Source of the DNA: Candidatus Eiseniibacteriota bacterium
Lineage (GTDB): Bacteria > Eisenbacteria > RBG-16-71-46
NCBI GenBank assembly: GCA_963725865.1
Contig: CAVSAC010000014.1
Coordinates: forward strand, 485,422-549,421
Direction of reading: 5' to 3'
Length of the DNA stretch: 64,000 bases
The notes beneath the pieces are model-generated. The model was not told the DNA's origin and searched no databases. It saw nothing but the letters and a program-made list of their open reading frames with translations. This document shows, in pieces, positions 1 to 8,306 of this stretch (within the stretch, counting starts at the first letter, position 1; each line of letters starts with the position of its first letter). Position numbers and translations under genes: made by a program.

Positions 1-621
1 CAGCAGCGCCTTCTCGAACGCAGCGCGGGCGGCGGTGACGTGCCCCAGCCGCGACTGCGCCACGCCCAGCGCCATCTCGCACTGGGCCATCAGAAGCGTG
101 TCCGGTGGCGACGACGCTCCGAGCACCCGCAGCGCCTCTTCGCCGTGCGCGCACGCCTCGTCCACCCGGCCGCCGTCGGTGTAGAGCACCGCGGCGGTGA
201 CGTGGGCCGCCGCGAGGACGCGATCGCCCGCGGGCGCGCGCCGGGCGCGGATCGCGATCCCGCGCTCGAGCGCCTCGTAGCCCTGGCCGTCCACGTACAG
301 GTTGCGCTTGAGCCGCGAGGTCCCGATCGCGATCAGGGCACGCGCGTACTCCATCGAGTCCGGCGCCGGAGCCTGGGCGAACCGCCCGACGATCACGTGC
401 GCGAGGCTCTCGGACGCCGCCCAGCGGAATCGCGACTCGAGTCCCTGCAGCGTGTCCCAGACCGCGGCGGTCGGCGCGGGGACGATGAGCGTGGCGGACG
501 AGAGCGCGGCGGACACCGCGGCGGAGCCCCTCGCAGCACGCGGCGGGGCCGCGCCCGCGGAGACGGTCATCGTCACCCCAACGGCCATCCAGCATGCGAG
601 CGCGAGCATCGTCCGTCGCAT
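1..621 (-). CDS. TPR-repeat protein, N-terminal part only (runs off window; possibly a TPR-CHAT protein)
   Basis: ATG at 621, 3 nt after the kinase stop. The frame is open to the window edge: MRRTMLALACW... (signal-like), then TPR-like helices (YEALERGIAIR, LGVAQSRLGHVTAARAAFEKAL). Absent from the ORF track because it has no stop. Confidence 0.7.
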   Translation of the reverse strand, partial: MRRTMLALACWMAVGVTMTVSAGAAPPRAARGSAAVSAALSSATLIVPAPTAAVWDTLQGLESRFRWAASESLAHVIVGRFAQAPAPDSMEYARALIAIGTSRLKRNLYVDGQGYEALERGIAIRARRAPAGDRVLAAAHVTAAVLYTDGGRVDEACAHGEEALRVLGASSPPDTLLMAQCEMALGVAQSRLGHVTAARAAFEKALL

Positions 622-624
622 CGC

Positions 625-2337
625 TCAGCGCAGCGGATTCTCGAGGACCACCTGGCGCACCCAGGTCCCGCGCACCGCCTGCTCGCCACCGGCGAGCGAT
701 CGGATGTGCTCGAACAGCAGCGCCGGCCGCTGGGGAGTCCCGCCCGTCTCGATCTCGCTGAGCCCCGCCATCCCGCGCAGGCGGTCCATGGTGCTGGATT
801 CGACGCGCGCGTACTGGATCGGGTGGCCGGGCACCGGCGCGGGCAGCCGGCGCAGCTCCGCCTCGAGCTCCGGCAGGGGTTCCGGAGTCGCCACCACGAG
901 CAGGTGCTCGCGGCCGCCGCGACTCGTCACCGTCCAGGCGTTCTCGCGACCATCGCGCGTGCCCGGCAGCAGGACCGTCGAATCGCCGGGAACGGGATTC
1001 CCGCGATCGAACATGGGCTGCGGGAAGAGCAGGTAGTTCTCGCCGCGTTCGTCGGCGTCGAGCACGTAGACCCACACCTCTCGCGTCGACCGGAACTCGA
1101 GCGAGACGCGATCGCCCGGTGCGACCCGGTCGCCCGATTCGAGGTGCACGCGACCATCGCGGCCGTGCCGCAGGAAGCCGGCGGACACGTCGTACGCGAC
1201 CGATGCCGGTGCGACCGCCGCGGGGGGCGCGCGGCGGGGAGCCCGCTGCGTCGCCACCCACGCCGCGATCAACGCCACCAGCAGCACCGCGAGCCCGAGG
1301 CCCGCGCGTGCCCGCAGCGTGGACGGGGCGGGCGTGCGCGACGCGGCACCGGCGGCTTCGAACTCCGCGGCGAGCGCGGCCGCGTCCGCGAATCGCTCGC
1401 GCGGGTCGGACGCCATCGCCCGCTCGATCGCGTCGGTCAGTCGCACGGGAGCGTCGGGTCGCACGGCTCGCAGCGGGCGGCGCGCTCCCGCGGCCACCGC
1501 CGCCCGCAGCTGCTCGAGCGTCTCGGCGCGGTACGGCGGCTCGCCGGCGAGCGCGCAGAACAGGGTGACGCCGAGCGCGTAGAGGTCGTCGGTCGGCTTC
1601 GCGGCCGCGCCCGCGAGGCGCTGCGGCGACATGTACAGCGGCGTGCCCGAGAACGGCGCCGGATCGCGCTCCACGGAGGGTCGCTGGCCGAGTCCGAAGT
1701 CCGTCAGCACCGCGCGGCCATCGCTCTCGAGGACGATGTTCGCGGGCTTCACGTCGCGGTGGACGGTGGCGGACGCGTGCACCGCCCGCAGCGCCCGCCC
1801 GAGCTGGGCGCCGAGTCCCGCGACCTCGTGCGCGGGGAGCGGACCGCGGCGGGCGAGCTCGTGTTCGAGCGTCGGGCCGTGCAGGAATTCCATCCACAGT
1901 CCCGCGCGCGCCTCGTGCTCGGCCGCGCCGAACACCGTCACCACGTGGGGGTCGCGCAGCCGCGCCAACGCGCGTGCCTCCTCGAGCCAGCGGGTCGGTT
2001 CGCCGGCGCCCGGTTGGCGAGGACGCATCAGCTTGAGCGCCACCTCGCGCTGGAGCGTGGTGTCCCAGGCACGGAACACCTCGCCATCGGCGCCGGCACC
2101 CACCCGCTCGAGGAGCAGCAACTCGCCCCAGCGACCGAGGTCGCCGGGATCGGCGCCCGGCCGGGATTCCTGCTGCAGCCGCTGGTGGAACTCGGCCACT
2201 CGCGCCACGTCGCGCAGCGCGCGCACCTGGGTGCGCTGTTCGGCGCTTTCCACGCCCGCCTCGACCAGTTCCCAGTCGACGGGCTCGCCCTCCGCGACCG
2301 ACTCGATCACGGGATCGAACTTGGAGTCGTCAGTCAT
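625..2337 (-). CDS. Membrane-anchored Ser/Thr protein kinase with C-terminal DUF4384-like domain
   Basis: GAGADG loop, VALK, HRDVKPAN, DFG and GTPLYMSP motifs; TM segment; C-terminal 'GDRVSLEF...VYVLDADERGE..LLFP' resembles DUF4384. Confidence 0.9.
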   Translation of the reverse strand: MTDDSKFDPVIESVAEGEPVDWELVEAGVESAEQRTQVRALRDVARVAEFHQRLQQESRPGADPGDLGRWGELLLLERVGAGADGEVFRAWDTTLQREVALKLMRPRQPGAGEPTRWLEEARALARLRDPHVVTVFGAAEHEARAGLWMEFLHGPTLEHELARRGPLPAHEVAGLGAQLGRALRAVHASATVHRDVKPANIVLESDGRAVLTDFGLGQRPSVERDPAPFSGTPLYMSPQRLAGAAAKPTDDLYALGVTLFCALAGEPPYRAETLEQLRAAVAAGARRPLRAVRPDAPVRLTDAIERAMASDPRERFADAAALAAEFEAAGAASRTPAPSTLRARAGLGLAVLLVALIAAWVATQRAPRRAPPAAVAPASVAYDVSAGFLRHGRDGRVHLESGDRVAPGDRVSLEFRSTREVWVYVLDADERGENYLLFPQPMFDRGNPVPGDSTVLLPGTRDGRENAWTVTSRGGREHLLVVATPEPLPELEAELRRLPAPVPGHPIQYARVESSTMDRLRGMAGLSEIETGGTPQRPALLFEHIRSLAGGEQAVRGTWVRQVVLENPLR

Positions 2338-2932
2338 GCGTGCCCATCGCTTCCGCGAGCCGCCGGAGCGCGCGCGTCACCGCCACCCGGGCCGCGTCGC
2401 GGCTCGGACGATCGGCGATCGCCGCGATCTCGTCGAAGTCGTAGTCGAGCTCGATCCGCAGATGCAGCAATTGCTGCTCCTCGACCCGGAGGGTCGCAAG
2501 CGCGCGTTCGTAGCGTGCCGCCACGTCGGCGCCGATCGCCAACTCGAGCGGCGAGGGGGCCGCGCTCGCGAGGGACTCCGGGACGCCGTCCGGTCCCGGG
2601 CGGCGGTCCGCCCATCGGACCGCATCCCGGATACGGTTGAGCACCGCAGATCGAACATAGCCCTGGAATCCGCCCGGCCCCATGACCTCGATATGATCCA
2701 GCCGCTCGAGGGTGCGAAGCAGCGTCTCCTGCACGAGATCCGCGGTATCGAGCAGGCTGCGCGCGCGCATCGGAAGGCGGCCGCTGGCCCAGGCACGCAG
2801 CCTCGGCAGGTAGCGCGCCATGAGGGCGTCGAGCGCGACTCGATCACCCTCTTTGGCGCGCCGCAGGAGCTGCGTGGTGGCGGCCAGGGCATGCTCCGGT
2901 GCCGGTGATCCCGCGGTGACGGGCCTACTCAA
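2330..2932 (-). CDS. ECF-type RNA polymerase sigma-70 factor (start approximate, TTG)
   Basis: Region 2 'LLDTADLVQETLLRTL..L' and region 4 'YDFDEIAAIA..SRDAARVAVTRALRRL'. Overlaps the kinase start. GGAGG lies just upstream of the TTG at 2932. Confidence 0.88.
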   Translation of the reverse strand: MSRPVTAGSPAPEHALAATTQLLRRAKEGDRVALDALMARYLPRLRAWASGRLPMRARSLLDTADLVQETLLRTLERLDHIEVMGPGGFQGYVRSAVLNRIRDAVRWADRRPGPDGVPESLASAAPSPLELAIGADVAARYERALATLRVEEQQLLHLRIELDYDFDEIAAIADRPSRDAARVAVTRALRRLAEAMGTHD

Positions 2933-3283
2933 ACTCCCTCCGGATGCGGCCGGAAGCGCTTTCGCAACCGGTCGAGTATAGCCGCGTCGCCGCGCGAGCG
3001 GCGGATGAATCGGGCGCCTCCGACGTTCGGATGGGCGTCGCGACCCGCCCCCCATCTCCGAGCTCGCGAGGAGCTGCGCAGGGCGCGAGGAACGGTGCTC
3101 CGCCGGGCGAGGGCGGGTGAGCCCGCGGCGTCCTTGCGGCGGGAAACCCCGCCTGAGTATCGTGCCGGCGCCGACGCTTCCGAGGACTTCGGCAGCCCGT
3201 GTCGCGCCCGCTTCACGCAGGGCTCGAGGGCCCAAGCTCGGGGAGCGAACCCCGCGCGGTCCCGGAACCGGAAGGAGTGCCGC

Positions 3284-3877
3284 TTGATCCTCTTCCCCAT
3301 CCTGGCGCTCGTCGCCGTCGTGGTCGCGGTCCTGTTCGCCGCGGGCATCTACAACTCCATGGTCTCCGCGCGCAATCGCTTCAAGAACGCCTTCGCGCAG
3401 ATCGACGTGCAGCTCACGCGCCGTTACGACCTGATCCCCAACCTGGTCGAGACGGCGAAGGGCTACCTGGCGCACGAACGCGAGACGCTCGAAGCGGTCG
3501 TCCGCGCCCGCGCGGCCGCGGTCTCGGGCCTGGCGGCGGCCAAGGCGGACCCCTCGAGCGCGAGCAACATCCAGGCGCTGGGCGGCGCCGACGCCGCACT
3601 CACCGGAGCGCTCGGGCGCCTGCTCGCGGTCGCCGAAGCGTATCCGGATCTCAAGGCGAACCAGACCATGATGCAGCTCTCCGAGGAGCTCACCAGCACC
3701 GAGAACAAGGTGGCGTTCTCGCGCCAGGCGTTCAACGATGCGGTCATGAGCTACAACAACGCCTGCCAGGTGTTCCCGAACAACCTGTTCGCGGGCATGT
3801 TCGGATTCCTGCCGGCCGAGATGCTGCCGATCGAAGACGCGGCCAAGCGCGAGGCGCCCAAGGTCTCGTTCCGCTGA
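3284..3877 (+). CDS. lemA: LemA family protein
   Basis: AAGGAG then TTG start; 'NAFAQIDVQLTRRYDLIPNLVETAKGY', 'EAYPDLKAN', 'ENKVAFSRQAFND'. Confidence 0.95.
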   Translation: MILFPILALVAVVVAVLFAAGIYNSMVSARNRFKNAFAQIDVQLTRRYDLIPNLVETAKGYLAHERETLEAVVRARAAAVSGLAAAKADPSSASNIQALGGADAALTGALGRLLAVAEAYPDLKANQTMMQLSEELTSTENKVAFSRQAFNDAVMSYNNACQVFPNNLFAGMFGFLPAEMLPIEDAAKREAPKVSFR

Positions 3878-3878
3878 C

Positions 3879-6401
3879 ATGGACTTCTTCGCGCGGCAGG
3901 AGACCGCCCGCGCGCAGACGCGCTGGCTGATCGCGCTGTTCGTGCTGGCGGTGATCGTCGTGGACCTCGCGGTGACGGTCGTGCTCGTGGTGCTGCTCGC
4001 GGGCGGGCTGGGTCGCCAGGCCGCGCTCGCCGATCCCGCCCGCTGGCTGGCCAGCAACGCGCCCGAGCTCGCGCTGTGCGCGCTGGCGGTGCTCGCGATC
4101 GTCCTCGGCGGTGCGGCCGCCAAGTCGCTCCAGCTGCAGGGCGGCGGCGCCGTGGTGGCGCGCCTGATGGGCGCCGACCTGGTGGACCGCAACACGACCG
4201 ACCCGGCCAAGAAGCGGCTGCTGAACGTGGTCGAGGAGATGGCGCTGGCCTCCGGCGTGCCGGTGCCGGCGGTCTACGTCATGGAGGGCGAGGGCGGCAT
4301 CAACGCGTTCGCGGCGGGTCACACCGCGGCCGATTCGGTGGTCACGGTCACGCGCGGCGCGCTCGACCGCTTCGACCGCGACCGAGCTCCAGGGCGTCGT
4401 CGCCCACGAGTTCAGCCACATCCTGAACGGCGACATGCGGCTCAACCTGCGGCTCATCGGGCTGGTCGCGGGGCTGTTCGCGATCGCGACCGTCGGGCGC
4501 CTGCTGCTGCGCGGCGGCTCCCGCAGCCGCAAGGGCGGCGGGATCGCGCTGGCCGGTCTCGCCATCGTGGTGCTCGGCTACGTGGGCGTGATGTTCGGCC
4601 GCATGATCCAGGCGGCGATCTCGCGCCAGCGCGAGTTCCTGGCCGACGCCTCGGCGGTGCAGTTCACGCGCGACCCGCAGGGGCTGCGCGACGCGCTGGT
4701 CCTGGTGGGCGCCTCGCGAGACGGGCTCGCGCGTGCCACGCCGACGAAGCGCATGAGGTCGCGCACATGTTCTTCGCCTCCGGATTGTCGGGCGCTGTTC
4801 GCCACCCACCCGCCGCTGGCGGATCGCATCCGCGCGCTCGACCCGTCGTTCCGAGCCCGAGGAGTTCGAGCGCGTCGCCGAGCGCCTGCAGGCCCGCGCG
4901 CCGGCATCCGCCGCGGCGCCCGCGCACGCCGTCGCGGGCGCGGACTTCGTCGACGCCGCGACCCGCATCGTGCTGGGTTCCGCCGCCGTCGCCGCGAGCG
5001 TGGGGAATCCGCGCGCGCCCCACGTGCGCCACGCCGCACTTCTGCGCGATGCGATGCCCGCGGGGCTGGCGGCCGACGCGGCCGATCCCGCGACCGCGCG
5101 CGCGCTGCTGGTCGCGCTGGTCGGCGCCGCGACCGGCACGTCCCCCGAGCGCCGCACCGAAGCGCTCGCGAGCGCGTTTGGCGCCGACGTGGCCGCCGCG
5201 GCCGCGCAGCGGTCCGACCTCGACACGCTGGCGGAGGATCAGCGTCTGCCGCTGCTGCTCCAGCTCATCCCCGCGCTCGGGCGCCTGCCGCTCGCCGACC
5301 GCCAGGCCCTGATCGCAGGCATCGACCAGATGATGCGCGCCGACGGCACCATCACGCTCCCTGAGTACGCGCTCGCCCGGCTCGCGCGCGTGCACCTCGG
5401 CGAGCAGGCCGCGCCGCGCACAGGCGCCTCGCAGGCCACGCTGCTCCAGCTCGAGGCGGACCTCCAGGTGCTGTTCTCGACGCTCGCCCGGTGCGGACAC
5501 GCGCGCGAGGAGGATGCGAGGAACGCCTATGAGCGCGGCCTCACGCGGGCGCTGCCCGGGCGCCGCGCGCCCTTCCAGCCGCTGGCGGACTGGGTGCCGG
5601 CGATGGACGCCGCGCTCGACCGGCTCGACCGCCTGCGGCCGGCGGACAAGCAGCGACTGATCGACGCGCTGGCGATCATCGTGGCGCACGACGGCGCGCT
5701 CGAGCTGGCCGAGGCGGAGATGCTGCGCGCGGTGTGCGGTTCGCTCCACTGCCCACTGCCACCGTTCGATGGGCATCGGGACCGCGACGGCCCCCGGCGG
5801 CCTCGCCGCGGGGATCGGGATGCTGGCGGCCGACCAGCGGCTGCCGCTGCTGCTGCAGGCGATCCCGGCGCTCGGGCGCCTGCCGCTCGCCGACCGCCAG
5901 GAGCTGATCGCCGGCATCGATCGCGCGGTGCGTGCCGACGGGGTCATCACGCTCTCGGAGTACGCGCTCGCCCGCCTCGCGCGCGTACACCTGGGCGAGC
6001 AGATCGCGCCGCCCGCGGGCGCCTCGCAGGCCACGCTGCTCCAGCTCGAATCCGAGATCCAGGTGGTGTTCTCGACGCTCGCGCACGGCGGCCATGCCCG
6101 TGAGGCCGACGCGAAGGACGCCTATGAGCGCGGCCTCATGCGCGCGCTGCCGGGGCGGCGCGCGCCCTACCAGCCGGTGGCGGACTGGGTGCCCGCGATG
6201 GACGCGGCCCTCGACCGGCTCGACCGCCTGCGTCCGGCCGACAAGGAGCGGCTGGTCGACGCGCTGGGGATCATCGTGTCGCACGACGGCGAGCTGGAGC
6301 TGGTCGAGGCGGAGCTGCTGCGCGCGATGTGCGGCTCGCTCCACTGTCCGCTGCCGCCGTTCGTGGATGCCGACGAGGCGTCGGCCCGCGAGCGGGCGTG
6401 A
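3879..6401 (+). CDS. M48 (HtpX-like) zinc metalloprotease with duplicated C-terminal TerB-like region; broken by several frameshifts
   Basis: 'MDFFARQE' start, 'INAFAAG', HEFSH zincin motif (~4405), 'SRQREFLADASAVQFTR', 'ATHPPL'. Pieces are split over ORFs 3879, 4435, 4970 and 5769. Confidence 0.85.
5228..6363 (+). repeat. Diverged tandem duplication of a ~541 bp coding unit (5228-5768 and 5823-6363)
   Basis: Both units translate as LA.DQRLPLLLQ.IPALGRLPLADRQ ... LRA.CGSLHCPLPPF, with many substitutions between them. Confidence 0.95.
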
Positions 6402-6432
6402 GCGGGCGGACGCTTCGGTCTCAACGGCGGGA

Positions 6433-6530
6433 TCAGAGCCCGCTGGCGCCCTCCAGCAGCTCGGTGAGCCGCCGCAGGAAGCGCGCTACCGGGACGCCGT
6501 CCACCACATCGTGGTCGAACTGACTCAAAC
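6433..6530 (-). pseudogene. 3' remnant of a 2-oxoacid dehydrogenase E2 (acyltransferase catalytic domain)-like gene
   Basis: Translates FDHDVVDGVPVARFLRRLTELLEGASGL*, matching the E2 DH.xxDG active-site motif. No 5' part is present; it abuts the IS end motif. Confidence 0.7.
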
Positions 6531-6533
6531 TCA

Positions 6534-6566
6534 ATAGGGATTTCCTTTCGCGGGCCCGCGAGCCTA
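6534..6566. mobile_element. Putative IS91-family oriIS end, copy 1
   Basis: ATAGGGATTTCCTTTCGCGGGCCCGCGAGCCTA, ~230 bp downstream of the transposase stop. Contains the perfect palindrome TCGCGGGCCCGCGA. The reverse strand GGAAATCCCTAT resembles IS91-type ori ends (recalled, not searched). Confidence 0.55.
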
Positions 6567-6792
6567 GCCCCGTCCCGACCGCCGCCGAAGGGCTAACTCC
6601 CCTCCCGAGACCCTCGCCGGCGCGCTTCCACCTGCCCACCGCACCTCGAACGGCACCTCCCACCGCGCGCACCGTGCCCGAGGCCTCAGGCCCGGCGGCC
6701 TTCCGGTCTCGTGGCGCGCACCTCGCCCAGCGCCGGCCCGGCGACTGTTCGCTCCGACCGCTCCCCGGGAGCTTCCCGCGCGTGACCCGCGC

Positions 6793-7480
6793 CTACGCCG
6801 TCGCTGCTCCCGCCCACGGCCCAGCGCGAGCATCGACCCCGCGCTGCTCGAGGTGCGCGAGGAGGCGCGTGACCACCGCGTGCTCGGTCACGAACGCCAT
6901 GATGCGCATCGCGCCGCCACAGCGAGGACACACCTCGACGTCCACCGCGAACACCCGCCGCAGCAGTTCCGCCCAGCGCCGCCGCCGCGCCCGCAGCGCC
7001 GGCCACGGAGCCACCTCGCGCTCAGCCTTGTGCGTGACCTCATGCCCCGCACCCGCGAGCACCACGCCGCGTCGCCGCCACCAGCCGCGCCGCCGGCTGG
7101 CGTACGCCCCGTAGTAGCGCACCCGCACCTCGCCCTTCGCCGGGATGTGCTGCACCAGTCGCGCCAGGAACTCCACCGCGGCGAACCGGTGCACGCCCAC
7201 ATACGGACCCTCGCTCGCGTCCGACACCAGCTCGACTTCGGCGCGCTCGGCGTCGTAGTGCAACCGCGACTCGGCCACCGGCGCGCGCGCCCCGTAGCGC
7301 GCCACGCGCAGCACGGCCGCGCGATCGTCCGCGGGAATCGCCGCTCCCACGTGCGCGCTGAACCCCGAGTGCGGCCACCCGAGCATCGCCGCCGCCGCGT
7401 TCTCGTCGAGCCAGCCCTGGCGCACGAACAGCGCGAGCACGGCGCGTTGCCACGCCCCCGCGAGCACTGCCGCGTCGTGC
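6793..7480 (-). mobile_element. IS91-family (Y2/HUH rolling-circle) transposase, C-terminal half only
   Basis: 'WPHSGFSAH', 'RYGARAPVAESRL', 'EFLARLVQHIP..GEVRVRYYGAYASR', 'WAELLRRVFAVDVEVCPRCGGAMRIMAFVT'. The N-terminal half is replaced by kinase sequence. Confidence 0.88.
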
Positions 7481-8306
7481 GAGCGCCGCGGTTGCTGGAC
7501 CTGCGGCTCCCGGGACGCTCCGGCCGCTGGGAAGTGCGCCGCGGCACCTACCGCCACGGCGGACGGCCGCACGAGCTGGTCGTGTTGTCCGACCTCGGCC
7601 GCTCGCTGTGCGAGGAGGAGCGCCAGGCGTGGCAGCGGCTGATTCGCGTCCTCAGCCACGAGATCAACAACTCGCTCGCGCCGATCCAGTCGATCGCCGG
7701 CAGCGCTGCGGATCCGCGCTCGAGCGCGCGCGGCCGCGAACGAGGGCCCCGACGAAGACGTGCGCGAAGGACTGCGCGTGATCGAGTCGCGCTCGCAAGC
7801 GCTCGCGCGGTTCATGCACGCGTACGCGCGCTCGCGCGCCTGCCGCAGCCCGAGCCCGAGGCGGTCGACGTCGGACGCAGGCGGTGCGCCGCGCGGTCGA
7901 CGCTGGAGACGCGGCTCTCCCGTCGCGGTGCGCGACGGACCGCGGTCTGACCGTGAGCGCCGACGCCGACCAGCTCGACCAGCTGCTCATCAACCTCGTG
8001 CGCAACGCCGCCGACGCGGCGCTCGAGACCGGCGGCGGCGCGTGGATCGGCTGGGGCGTCGCGGCGAGCGGGCTCGAGCTGGAGGTGGAGGACGAAGGGC
8101 CCGGTCTCGCCGACACCGGCAACCTGTTCGTGCCGTTCTTCACCACCAAGCCCGGCGGCTCCGGCATCGGCCTCGCGCTCAGCCGCCAGATCGCCGAGGC
8201 GCACGGCGGCACGCTGACGCTGGAGAATCGCAAGGGTGCACGCGGCTGCGTGGCGACGCTGCACTTGCCCCTGTCGGCCGGGGACGAGCGAGCGCCGCGC
8301 CACTGA
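7480..8306 (+). pseudogene. Sensor histidine kinase, 5'-truncated and frameshifted
   Basis: H-box 'LIRVLSHEINNSLAPIQSIA', N-box 'LLINLVRNA', 'DEGPG', 'LFVPFFTTKPGGSGIGL'. No start or sensor domain. Confidence 0.88.

Noticed and set aside
40-2640. Long Arg/Ala/Gly-rich ORFs opposite real genes (e.g. 40-2640, 22837-26568, 49464-52445, 54264-57146, 60371-63454)
   Set aside because: Shadow ORFs expected at this GC content; they have no motifs and overlap well-supported genes.
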